Assembly: GCA_963675665.1 (NCBI GenBank)
Contig: OY776510.1
Location: 800,001-864,000, forward strand
From: Spirochaetia bacterium
GTDB lineage: Bacteria; Spirochaetota; Spirochaetia; UBA9216
Reading direction: 5' to 3'
Length of the DNA: 64,000 bases
Part shown: positions 10,181 through 19,131 of the stretch, piece by piece
Position numbering within the stretch: position 1 is the stretch's first letter
Layout of the letters: each line of letters opens with the position of its first letter
The notes under the pieces: model-generated
Databases searched by the model: none
What the model was told of the DNA's origin: nothing
What the model saw: the letters and a program-made list of their open reading frames with translations, nothing else
Made by a program: the position numbers and the translations under genes

Positions 10181-10181
10181 T

Positions 10182-10979
10182 TTAGCCTCTAAGATATTTT
10201 TTAAAATCTTCTACAGAGATAGCATTATAGATAGGACTTTTATATCCTTCTGGAATAACATTAATAATTTGTACTCCGTTATTTTCACTTATTTCTTTCA
10301 ATATATTATGTTCATTTTCTGGTTGTTTTATTTCTAAATTTAATACTCTTTTCCTAAATTCTTCTGACTGATAAGGCTCATAAAAATGAAACCACTGATA
10401 TGGTTGAAGAGTATATCCTGCACCAATTAAAAATATTTTATCAAATCCCATATATATAGCAAGGCAGAGAAGGAAATATACTGTTCCTTTCATAAAAGGG
10501 CTTCTTTTACAAAAATCTATTTTTGTTTTTACTGTTATTGGATCTCTACTAGAAGCAAAGAAATACTTCTTAACATTTTTAAGTTCTTTATCATTTCTAA
10601 TATAAAAATAATTTGTATGATTTAATAAAAGTATAGTATCGTTAGAGCAGGCGTGTAATTTTTTTATCATAGTTTTTGAATGCTCTGAAAGATTTGTATA
10701 TCTCATCGTTTTATGAGCATTTTCAATGGAAGAATAGAACAAGGGCTTCATATTCTTAATGTCTTTATGTCGATAAAAATGATTACAAATAAAAGTCTTT
10801 TTATCTTTAAGTAAACTAAGATCGATATCATTTACAACGGGACCTGTTAAAAAAATATAACATTCCTGGTTAATAAATTTATTTTTTAAATTTATATTAT
10901 CTTTTAAAAGAACATAAATAAAAGGAAATGATACAAAATAATATAAATGCTTAATTATTGAAATAACAACTGATCTCAT
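10182..10979 (-). CDS. DUF115/Maf-like putative nonulosonate transferase
   Basis: CYIFLTGP, TFICNHF, LAIYMGFDKIFLIG and HFYE motifs. Confidence 0.7.
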   Translation of the reverse strand: MRSVVISIIKHLYYFVSFPFIYVLLKDNINLKNKFINQECYIFLTGPVVNDIDLSLLKDKKTFICNHFYRHKDIKNMKPLFYSSIENAHKTMRYTNLSEHSKTMIKKLHACSNDTILLLNHTNYFYIRNDKELKNVKKYFFASSRDPITVKTKIDFCKRSPFMKGTVYFLLCLAIYMGFDKIFLIGAGYTLQPYQWFHFYEPYQSEEFRKRVLNLEIKQPENEHNILKEISENNGVQIINVIPEGYKSPIYNAISVEDFKKYLRG

Positions 10980-10995
10980 ATAATCCTATATATCC

Positions 10996-11199
10996 TTAAT
11001 CTGTAGATATTGAAAACAATTCATTGTCGCAATTATTTGGTATGGTATCTGCTATATAGTTTTGTCTTTTAACTGAATCCTCACTACTGTCTATAATAGC
11101 TCTAATACATTCTTTCGCTATATTTATATCTTGATTATAATTAGCTTTAATTCCCGTTATTATAAATTTTTTATCCATCTTCTGTTTCCTTAAATTCAA
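10996..11199 (-). pseudogene. decayed N-terminal fragment of pseI
   Basis: FIITGIKANYNQDINIAKECI...SVKRQNYIADTIPNNCDNELF aligns with the intact PseI N-terminus (IIAELSANHAHD...AVKLQTYTADTITLDCDNEYF). Confidence 0.8.
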
Positions 11200-11233
11200 A
11201 TAGGTATAAAACTATATATTAATTAACTCCCTA

Positions 11234-11650
11234 TTAAATAGGTGGCAAAACAGTAGCATCACCTTCTATAACTATATCGCCGTTAGATTTTCTACAAGTT
11301 GTTTTTAATTTAACAATATTTTTTTCCTGAAATATTTCAATCACTTCAACTTCTGCCCTGATTGTATCACCAATAAAAACAGGTGCTGTAAATTTCAAAT
11401 TCTGTTCATAATATAATGTTCCAATACCTGGTAGTTTTGTTCCTATCACAGTTGAGATTAAACTAGCTGTTAATAATCCATGAGCAATACGGTTTTTAAA
11501 TCTTGATTCCTTACCAATCTCATCGTTAATATGGATCGGATTAAAATCTCCTGATATTCCCGAAAATAAACATATATCTGTTTCCGTTATTGTTTTTCCG
11601 AAAGAGGCTTTATCTCCAATTCTTAATTCATTTATTTTTTTTCCTGTCAT
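11234..11650 (-). CDS. MaoC-family (R)-specific enoyl-CoA hydratase
   Basis: SGDFNPIH, RIAHG, PVFIGDT. Confidence 0.9.
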   Translation of the reverse strand: MTGKKINELRIGDKASFGKTITETDICLFSGISGDFNPIHINDEIGKESRFKNRIAHGLLTASLISTVIGTKLPGIGTLYYEQNLKFTAPVFIGDTIRAEVEVIEIFQEKNIVKLKTTCRKSNGDIVIEGDATVLPPI

Positions 11651-11652
11651 AA

Positions 11653-12192
11653 TTATATAATTCCTATTTTAATATATTCCAGTTTCTTCTTCTTTTCTTC
11701 CCACTCAGCTTTTAGAATTCCCATTCTTACAACATCGAAATATTCATTATTTTTCTTGATTTGTTGCCTAAGAGTCCCTTCGACTGATGCTCCAAAATGT
11801 TCATGGATTTTTACAACTTTCTCATTAAATGATAAAACTTCGCAACACACTTTATTCATATTTAATTTATCAAAACAAAAATCATAATTATTGCATTCTA
11901 TTATCTTACCAACTCCTTTCCCTTGATAACCTCTCTCTGCAATATAATATGCCCAAAAACATGTTTCATTTTTTCTGTCTATAAAATTAACAGAATATAA
12001 CCCAATTGGATTTTTATCATACTCAATTATCCGATATATATTATTATCATCTTTCATACGTGAAAACCATTTCTTTTGATTTTCTAACGTTATATCAGGA
12101 TCAGTATACATATATTTTGTAACCTCTGGCAACATTCGCCAATTCATAATCATTTCTAAATCTGTATCAAAAATTTTTCGGAGTTTAACCAT
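11653..12192 (-). CDS. pseH: UDP-4-amino-4,6-dideoxy-AltNAc N-acyltransferase (GNAT)
   Basis: WRMLPEVTKYMYT, CEVLSFN; typical PseH size, inside the pse cluster. Confidence 0.8.
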   Translation of the reverse strand: MVKLRKIFDTDLEMIMNWRMLPEVTKYMYTDPDITLENQKKWFSRMKDDNNIYRIIEYDKNPIGLYSVNFIDRKNETCFWAYYIAERGYQGKGVGKIIECNNYDFCFDKLNMNKVCCEVLSFNEKVVKIHEHFGASVEGTLRQQIKKNNEYFDVVRMGILKAEWEEKKKKLEYIKIGII

Positions 12193-12199
12193 TCTCCAA

Positions 12200-12620
12200 T
12201 CTCCTTAAATATTTATAATCTAATTTAAAATATAATTATTTGAATTCACTATCCTTTTTGGTCTCAATACTTAATAATTTCTTTCCTGAAATTTTCAAAC
12301 GTTTTTAAAATATTGGGAATTTTCATTATCACAATGTAAAGTACTGCTCAGTTCGAAATTGTAAATATCATCGGAGAATTGATATATTACTAGTAATAAA
12401 TAATTAAATTTACTCAGCAATTCATCCTTATCATACTCCGAAATATTTGCGGTATATATTATTTATCCAATATCAAAATAAAACCACAAGAGATTTTATC
12501 TAAATTTTTTCAGATTTTCGGAAATATCATATGAATTAAAAAAATCCCGATTGACTAATTCAGCAGTTGACTCTATATTATTGTTATTCTTTGGCTATAT
12601 CTTTAATCTAAATAAAATAA
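12200..12620 (-). pseudogene. ORF-less gap at the usual pseG position, possibly a decayed pseG
   Basis: About 430 bp with no ORF between pseF and pseH; only weak fragments (NSYDISENLKK, ILILDK). Confidence 0.25.
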
Positions 12621-12625
12621 GAAAT

Positions 12626-13315
12626 TTAACTATTGAAATTACTCTGAAATTTCAGTTCTGCAAGAGTCCAATCTACATCTTTATCAATATCCTGAACCTC
12701 TAAAGAATCGTATTTAATATACGTTGTTTTGGGAACAATAAGTTTTTTATAATGTAATAACGATACAGTTCTAATAAAATAAAATTGACCTGCATCATGA
12801 TAGCAAGGTTCAAGATCTTGGGATCGTATTGTATAATTCTCCGGCCACTTCATTTGTATGAAACAGCCTTCTGAAATAAATGCTTTCTGAATAGGATACT
12901 CAAATTCAACAATAGGAATTATCGCATTAGCTGAAATTTTCATTAATTTATAATAAGCTTTATTTAATTTATCAGGAGTAATAAATGGTGCTGTCGGTAA
13001 AACACATGAAATAATATCGTATTCTATTCCTCTTAACATATATGAATTTATAACTTCAATCAGAACCTCCGCTAATCCTGCTGTATCATTCGAATTACAA
13101 TGACTTCTTAAAAAAGGAATTTTTGCACCGTATTTTCTTGAAATTCTTGCAATTTCTTCATCATCCGTTGAAACCATAATCTCATCAAAAATATTTGATC
13201 TTATTGCAGCTTCAATTGAATATGCTATTATTGGTTTTCCTAAAAAATCTTTTATATTCTTTCTGGGAATTCTTTTACTACCGCCTCGAGCAGGAATTAC
13301 ACAAAGTTTTTTCAT
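12626..13315 (-). CDS. pseF: pseudaminic acid cytidylyltransferase (copy 1)
   Basis: VIPARGGSKRIPRKNIK, PTAPF, RSQDL, HDAGQFY, QDID. Confidence 0.92.
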   Translation of the reverse strand: MKKLCVIPARGGSKRIPRKNIKDFLGKPIIAYSIEAAIRSNIFDEIMVSTDDEEIARISRKYGAKIPFLRSHCNSNDTAGLAEVLIEVINSYMLRGIEYDIISCVLPTAPFITPDKLNKAYYKLMKISANAIIPIVEFEYPIQKAFISEGCFIQMKWPENYTIRSQDLEPCYHDAGQFYFIRTVSLLHYKKLIVPKTTYIKYDSLEVQDIDKDVDWTLAELKFQSNFNS

Positions 13316-14464
13316 TTATACCCTACATATCGAAATGATTTTGTCGATAACTAAATCCTGTTCTTTTTTAATCAAATCAGGATATAACGGTAAACTTAGT
13401 GTCGCTTCATAATAATCTCTTGCATTTGGAGTATCATCAATTGTTGTCTTATAATTTTTCATATAATAAGGCTGAGAATTTACAGGGATATAATGAACTT
13501 GAGTTCCTATTCCTTCTTCAATTAGTTTAGTCATAAACTCAGAACGAGTAATATTCAATTCCTTAAAATTTATTTGAACAACATAAAGATGAAAACAGCT
13601 ATCTAGGAAATTCTCCTCATAGGGACAAATTATTGAACTAATAGAGGAAAATGCATTATTATAACGTCTTACTATTTCACGCCTTTTCTTTTTAAAAGAA
13701 TCAAGTTTATGTAATTGATTAATCCCGAGTGCTGCCTGCAACTCAGTCATCCGATAGTTACGACCAAGAATCTTCATTTCATAATACCAAGGCCCTGGAT
13801 TTTTTTCTAATAGTTCTGGTTTCTTTGTTATTCCATGATTTCTTAAAAGCAATAGTTGTTCATATAACATTTCATCATTTGTAGTAATAGCTCCACCTTC
13901 TGCTGTCGTTATTGTTTTCACAGGATGAAATGAGAAAACCGTCATGTCTGAATATTTACAACTTCCAACTCGATCACCGTCTTTATAGTTTGAACCAATT
14001 GCGTGCGAAGCATCCTCAATAATTCGTAAATTATTACCTTCTGTAATTTTTTTAAGGATTGGCATATTACAAGGTTGTCCTGCAAAATGAACAGGTATTA
14101 GCAACCTTGTTTTTATACTTATTTTGGATTTAACTGATTCTGGAGAAATATTATATGTTTTTTTATCAATATCTGCAAAAACAGGAACAATATCATTATA
14201 AATCATAGAGTTCGATGTCGCAACAAACGTATTTGGTGTTGTGATCCCTTCACAACCTTTTTCCAACATTAAAGCAGCAACAGAAATATCCAGAGCTGCT
14301 GTTCCATTTGAAACAACCACACAATATTTTGATCCGCAATACTGAGCAATTTTTTTTTCAAATTCTTCCACAACCGGCCCTTGTGTTAAATATGCTGCCT
14401 TTAAAATTTCTGTTACAGATTCAATATCTTGTTTATCAATTGACTGTTTTCCATATGAAATCAT
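13316..14464 (-). CDS. pseC: UDP-4-amino-4,6-dideoxy-AltNAc transaminase
   Basis: ISYGKQSI, LTQGP, EDASHA, FSFHPVKTITTAEGG, QVHYIPV. Confidence 0.93.
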   Translation of the reverse strand: MISYGKQSIDKQDIESVTEILKAAYLTQGPVVEEFEKKIAQYCGSKYCVVVSNGTAALDISVAALMLEKGCEGITTPNTFVATSNSMIYNDIVPVFADIDKKTYNISPESVKSKISIKTRLLIPVHFAGQPCNMPILKKITEGNNLRIIEDASHAIGSNYKDGDRVGSCKYSDMTVFSFHPVKTITTAEGGAITTNDEMLYEQLLLLRNHGITKKPELLEKNPGPWYYEMKILGRNYRMTELQAALGINQLHKLDSFKKKRREIVRRYNNAFSSISSIICPYEENFLDSCFHLYVVQINFKELNITRSEFMTKLIEEGIGTQVHYIPVNSQPYYMKNYKTTIDDTPNARDYYEATLSLPLYPDLIKKEQDLVIDKIISICRV

Positions 14465-14466
14465 AT

Positions 14467-15465
14467 TCAAACCTTAACCATTCTTTCCAATTCATTATCT
14501 ATCCAGACTTTTAACTCTTCTTGTGTCATCCACTTTTTATTATTACTGCTAGTATAAGAAAATCCTTCCGGAACTCTTTGTCCGTCTTTAATCCTATTTG
14601 CATCCTCTGACCACTTATGAATTGATGGTAATATTTTATAATATCCTTCATACTCATAAGTAAACATTGAATCTTCAGTACTAATCATTATTTCATGTAA
14701 CTTTTCACCAGGACGAATTCCAACATACTGGATTTCAGCTTCTGGAGCTATTGTCTTGGCTAAATCAATTACTTTCATTGAAGGAATTTTCTTTACATAG
14801 ATTTCTCCACCTTCGGCATCTTTAAAAGCTTTCCAGACCAGTTCCACACCTTGATCCAATGTAATCATAAATCTTGTCATTCTTTTATCCGTTACCGGTA
14901 AAATTCCTGTGTTTTTTAATTTCATAAAAAATGGTATTACCGATCCGCGACTTCCCATTACATTACCATAACGAACAACAGAAAATCTTGTACCGTGTTC
15001 ACCTGAATATGAATTTCCAGCAACAAAAAGTTTATCTGAAGCTAATTTCGTTGCTCCATATAAGTTAATCGGATTGCATGCCTTATCAGTACTTAATGCT
15101 ACAACTCTCTTAATATTTTTATCTATACATGCGTCTATTAAATTCATTGCACCAGTTATATTTGTTTTTATACACTCAAAAGGATTATATTCTGCTGTTG
15201 GTACTATTTTAGTTGCGGCGGCATGCACTACATAATCAACACCATCTAATGCCCGATATAATCTATCTTTATCACGTATATCACCAATAAAAAATCTTAA
15301 TCGTTTATCATTATTAAATCGTGCATTCATATTCCATTGTTTCATTTCATCTCTAGAATAAATAATAATCTTCTTTGGATTATATCTCTCCAATGTCATT
15401 TCAATAAATTTATGCCCGAAAGACCCTGTCCCTCCAGTAATTAGAATAGTTGAATTTGTTAACAT
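14467..15465 (-). CDS. pseB: UDP-GlcNAc 4,6-dehydratase (inverting)
   Basis: ITGGTGSFG, SRDEMKQ, VPTAEYNP, STDKA, YGATK, RYGNVMGSRGS, RPGEKLHE; GGAG RBS before ATG 15465. Confidence 0.95.
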   Translation of the reverse strand: MLTNSTILITGGTGSFGHKFIEMTLERYNPKKIIIYSRDEMKQWNMNARFNNDKRLRFFIGDIRDKDRLYRALDGVDYVVHAAATKIVPTAEYNPFECIKTNITGAMNLIDACIDKNIKRVVALSTDKACNPINLYGATKLASDKLFVAGNSYSGEHGTRFSVVRYGNVMGSRGSVIPFFMKLKNTGILPVTDKRMTRFMITLDQGVELVWKAFKDAEGGEIYVKKIPSMKVIDLAKTIAPEAEIQYVGIRPGEKLHEIMISTEDSMFTYEYEGYYKILPSIHKWSEDANRIKDGQRVPEGFSYTSSNNKKWMTQEELKVWIDNELERMVKV

Positions 15466-15491
15466 ACTGTTCTCCATAAACATCAGTTTCA

Positions 15492-15590
15492 TTATTTTCT
15501 AAAAAATTTATTAATTAATAATTCTAATAAAAACCCTACGACCAATGATATAATAATAATAAAGATTGTTATATCAAAAAAAGCTTCCAT
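15492..15590 (-). CDS. putative 32-aa single-pass membrane peptide
   Basis: MEAFFDITIFIIIISLVVGFLLELLINKFFRK*: one hydrophobic helix with a basic tail; below the ORF-track cutoff. Confidence 0.35.
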   Translation of the reverse strand: MEAFFDITIFIIIISLVVGFLLELLINKFFRK

Positions 15591-15604
15591 AAATATAACC
15601 TATG

Positions 15605-16000
15605 TTACCCTTCCCATTTAAATAAAACAGAGGTATACAATAAACCTCAGCCAAAACCTACAAAAACAATTTTATCACCTTTTTTAGTCTTCTACTTCCA
15701 AAAAGTGTAATAATGACTGTGTACCTGAAGTATTTGTGTATTGTTACAAGATTCGTTGAATTTCAGTATAGCATGATGGTTTACTGAATTCGTAAACAAA
15801 TATAACATTTCGCAATGCGTCATAAGTAATATATATTTCATGATCATTGTTTGCCTAATGCTCTAAAACAATTCGCCATTCTTTAACCCTATTTTGTTAT
15901 AACTCCATTTATCTGAAGTGTCCAGAGAATGCTTCAATTCCTTAATTCTGATAACTAATATTGATATATAGAATCCAGTTCAAATAATGCCAATATTTAA
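15605..16000 (-). pseudogene. fabH (3-oxoacyl-ACP synthase III) relic with large internal deletion
   Basis: N-part NIGII*TGFY...LDTSDKWSYNKIG, middle YTNTSG, C-part KKGDKIVFVGFG*GLLYTSVLFKW*. Confidence 0.75.
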
Positions 16001-16228
16001 AAAGAAACTCCTAAGGTCTCTTACGAGCACAACAAGATTACTCTCACTCAAATATACAATATGAAGCTTTTTGGATTACAAATAAATATTTCTTTGACAA
16101 CCGCCTGACCAATTGTCCCGGCACCACCGGACAATAAAGGAGGAGTTATTTACTTCATCATCCAAAAAATAAAATTATTTTTAATGTCCGCATTAAGGAG
16201 TGGAGATCTTCTTCCAATTATCTTCAAA
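16001..16228 (-). pseudogene. frameshifted 5' fragment of a UDP-GlcNAc 4,6-dehydratase (polysaccharide biosynthesis protein)
   Basis: Across frameshifts reads LKIIGRRSPLLNADI / DEVNNSSFIV / GGAGTIGQAVVKEIFICNPK / LHIVYLSESNLVVLVRDLRS. Confidence 0.7.
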
Positions 16229-17266
16229 GATCCCCGTGTTATCCATATCCCCAGAAAGTTTTTCTGCGCCCGGACCATATCCATAAACCGGCACATCAAC
16301 TTCTGTATGATAATCCGTCCTCCAGGCAACTGTCGGAAGAGTTCCTTCTCCGTTGTTATTTATAACATCCAGTCCGCCTGTTTCATGATCGGCAGTTACA
16401 ATAAGCAAAATATCGTCCCGGGACCCAATCCAGTCAAGAACATCCTGTGCTGCATCAGAAAAAGCCTTTACCTCGAGCAGCATACGTTGTAAATCATTGG
16501 AATGACACGCATGATCTATCCGTCCGCCCTCAATCATCAGAAAAAACCCGTTATTGTTTTCATCAAGCAGATCGAGTGCTTTTAACAACATCTCTGAAAG
16601 CGTCGGATACTCACCCAAACCGTCATAAACATAAGGCATATGACCGTCGCCGAAAAGACCGCAAACCAATTCGCCCGACAGCGCATTCATTTCATCTTCG
16701 TTGGCGACGCTTTTGTAACCGGAAGTCTGCAACCATGCCATATCGATTCCGGCCGATGATCCGCCTCCGCCGAATACAACATTCGGTTTTGTCACAGTAA
16801 AAATTTCATCCGCAATCTGTGAATAATTAATCCGGCTGACATTATGCGAAGTAAAAGCTGCAGGGGTAGCATGAGAAACCATGGCTGTTGTCACAACACC
16901 CACGCTCTTGCCTTCTGATTTATACTGCTCAAGCACTGTTTCAAGATTACTGCCGTCGCCGGGAATCGCTTTGCTGATTACTCCGTTATTTACCTTCTGC
17001 CCGGTTGCCATGGCAGTTGCGGCAGCAGCGGAGTCGGTTATGCTGCTGTTTGCCGAGTATGTTGAAACAGAACCCTTTACAGGCAAAGATTCAAAACTCA
17101 TTTTGCCCTCTTCGCCGTAATAGTAAAAACTTGCAGCTTTAACCTGCTCATAGCCCATTCCGTCGCCAATCATCAGAATGACAGAAACAGGTGGATCAAA
17201 CCAGCTGCATGAAAAAAGAAACAGGCAGAGTGCCGATATGAATAAAAGCTTTTTAAAAGCTTTCAT
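16193..17266 (-). CDS. phoA: alkaline phosphatase, lipoprotein
   Basis: Lipobox FLFSC, IGDGMG, TDSAA, HATPA, EGGRIDH, TADHETGG. Confidence 0.92.
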   Translation of the reverse strand: MKAFKKLLFISALCLFLFSCSWFDPPVSVILMIGDGMGYEQVKAASFYYYGEEGKMSFESLPVKGSVSTYSANSSITDSAAAATAMATGQKVNNGVISKAIPGDGSNLETVLEQYKSEGKSVGVVTTAMVSHATPAAFTSHNVSRINYSQIADEIFTVTKPNVVFGGGGSSAGIDMAWLQTSGYKSVANEDEMNALSGELVCGLFGDGHMPYVYDGLGEYPTLSEMLLKALDLLDENNNGFFLMIEGGRIDHACHSNDLQRMLLEVKAFSDAAQDVLDWIGSRDDILLIVTADHETGGLDVINNNGEGTLPTVAWRTDYHTEVDVPVYGYGPGAEKLSGDMDNTGIFEDNWKKISTP

Positions 17267-17284
17267 AGTCAGTTTATTCCCCTA

Positions 17285-17414
17285 AGAGGGGGCAGCGGAA
17301 CGACGCAAGGCGGCCCCCGGCGGAGGGGACGAAGCCGGATACAGGGCTGCCGGTTGGTAATTCACAGGAACTGTGTATTACCATGCGGCTGGAGCGCGGG
17401 GGAGACTTCCCCCG
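17285..17414. repeat. GC-rich multi-hairpin intergenic element
   Basis: Stems GGGGGC..GCCCCC, TGGTAATTCACA-GGAAC-TGTGTATTACCA and CGGGGGAG-AC-TTCCCCCG. Confidence 0.5.
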
Positions 17415-17415
17415 T

Positions 17416-18276
17416 CTACAACTCCCCGGCTTCTTTAATTCCCAGAAACCTGAAGATTTCCAGGGTGGCGCGAGATTTATTGAGCGTATAAAAATGTATG
17501 CCGTCGACGTTGTTTTCAAGCAGGTCGAGGCTCTGGTGCGTTGCCCAGTGAATACCGACACGCTCGGCGGCCTCATCCGTTGTTGTGCGGTTCATCGCCT
17601 TAATGAGTCCGGCCGGAATTCGTGCGCCGAGAGACAACTCAGCTATCCGTTCCATATTGCTCTTTGAAACAACCGGCATGATTCCCGCCTTGACAGGCAC
17701 ATTGATGCCCGCAATCTCGCAGCGCTCGCGGAAGTCGTAAAAATCGCGGTTGTCGAAGAAGAGCTGGGTGCATATGTAATCGGCGCCGCAGTCTACCTTC
17801 CTTTTAAGGTTATCGAGTTCAACAAGCCGGTTGGGCGTTGCCGGATGGCCTTCCGGAAAACCCGCCACTCCCACATTCATATGCGGGTAATTTTTCTTTA
17901 TAAACTCAACAAGTTCAGCCGCATATGTAAACCCGTTTGCAGGCGGCATGAAGTCAATCCCGCCGTTGGGAGGATCGCCGCGCAGGGCAAGTATATCGTG
18001 AATACCGAGCCGGTCATATTCATCAAGCAGGGCCTTTATCTCGGTCCGATCCATTCCCACGCATGTAAGATGACTTACTATCTTGAGAGGGGTTTCTTTC
18101 TTCAACCTCAGGATCGTGTCCTTGGTCAAATCGCGGGAAGAGCCCCCGGCGCCGAAGGTCATGCTTATATAGGAAGGGTTCAGCGGCATAAAGTCGGTTT
18201 TAACGCGCTCTATCAGATTATCCGAACCTTTCTGTGTTTTGGGAGGAAAGAATTCAAAACTTATTGTCGATTTCAT
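17416..18276 (-). CDS. metF: 5,10-methylenetetrahydrofolate reductase
   Basis: SFEFFPPK, TFGAGGS, HLTC, LALRGD, TQLFFD, HFYTLN. Confidence 0.95.
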   Translation of the reverse strand: MKSTISFEFFPPKTQKGSDNLIERVKTDFMPLNPSYISMTFGAGGSSRDLTKDTILRLKKETPLKIVSHLTCVGMDRTEIKALLDEYDRLGIHDILALRGDPPNGGIDFMPPANGFTYAAELVEFIKKNYPHMNVGVAGFPEGHPATPNRLVELDNLKRKVDCGADYICTQLFFDNRDFYDFRERCEIAGINVPVKAGIMPVVSKSNMERIAELSLGARIPAGLIKAMNRTTTDEAAERVGIHWATHQSLDLLENNVDGIHFYTLNKSRATLEIFRFLGIKEAGEL

Positions 18277-18447
18277 AAAAATAACTTCATTTCACATTGA
18301 TTACGAATAAAAATATGATTCAGCACTTGCTGAGCCCAACGGCAATGCAAAACGGCTTCGCTTCGCTGCAGATGTTTTGCTTCACCGTTGGGCCCCGCAG
18401 CTGCGTCATACGCTTGTAATCAATGTAAAAGCTGTTCTCTCCTGTTT

Positions 18448-18816
18448 TTATTTAATAGGAAGAATTTTAACTCTGGACCGATTCTCATCAACCGTTATAA
18501 TTGCACCGGTTTTCAATTCATGATGGAAATCTTTTAATACCTTAAGAATCTCATTTATAAATAATTCTGTATACATATTTTGAGTTCTAACCTGAAGAAC
18601 ACTTGGTTTATTTGCTTTTGTCAATGCAAGCATAATTCCAAAATCCAAATCATGTGTAAAAACAATAAAATCATTATCTATTGCATAATCAAAGATCTCT
18701 GAATCCAGAGCATCAAATCTGCCTACAGAAGACCAGTGGGTAGCTTCATATCCATTCATCTCTAAAATTTTCGCCAATTCAGGAGATAAATTCATGTCAA
18801 GAAGGATTTTTAACAT
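18448..18816 (-). CDS. DUF5615 PIN-like toxin
   Basis: ILLDMNLSP, DSEI, FTHDLDFG. Confidence 0.85.
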   Translation of the reverse strand: MLKILLDMNLSPELAKILEMNGYEATHWSSVGRFDALDSEIFDYAIDNDFIVFTHDLDFGIMLALTKANKPSVLQVRTQNMYTELFINEILKVLKDFHHELKTGAIITVDENRSRVKILPIK

Positions 18817-19043
18817 TAAATTGCTAATAAAACCTCAATCTCTTCAGAACGCCATGCTGCATATTCTAGAGCAGCTTTGATATCAGCCTCTTCAAGATAA
18901 GGATACTTTTCAATAATCTCTTTTTGAGAAAAACCGTTGGCAACCAAGCCAACAACAGTTCCGGCCGTTACCCGCAGATCCCGAATACAGGGTCTCCCCC
19001 CCATTCGTTGCGGATTAAATGTTATTCTTTCAATATTTTTCAT
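18816..19043 (-). CDS. DUF433 antitoxin
   Basis: RITFNPQRMGGRPCIRDLRV...YPYLEEADIKAALEYA; coupled to the PIN gene. Confidence 0.88.
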   Translation of the reverse strand: MKNIERITFNPQRMGGRPCIRDLRVTAGTVVGLVANGFSQKEIIEKYPYLEEADIKAALEYAAWRSEEIEVLLAI

Positions 19044-19088
19044 AACTATAATATACAACCATTATTGCTCTTTTCATAGTTGCTTCTG

Positions 19089-19126
19089 AATCAAACAAAC
19101 ACATCCTGCAGAAACAGGCCGCCGTC
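19089..19126. repeat. 38-bp direct repeat, copy 1 (duplicate of the marR 3' end)
   Basis: aatcaaacaaacacatcctgcagaaacagg(c/a)cgccgtc also occurs at 19897-19934, 1 mismatch. Confidence 0.9.
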
Positions 19127-19131
19127 CTTTT

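Noticed and set aside
15605-16000. Both TGA codons seen in the fabH relic's conserved motifs fall at glycine positions, hinting at TGA=Gly recoding
   Set aside because: Neighbouring intact genes (pseB, the epimerase) use TGA as stop, and the relic is also deleted and frameshifted; GGA-to-TGA decay explains it
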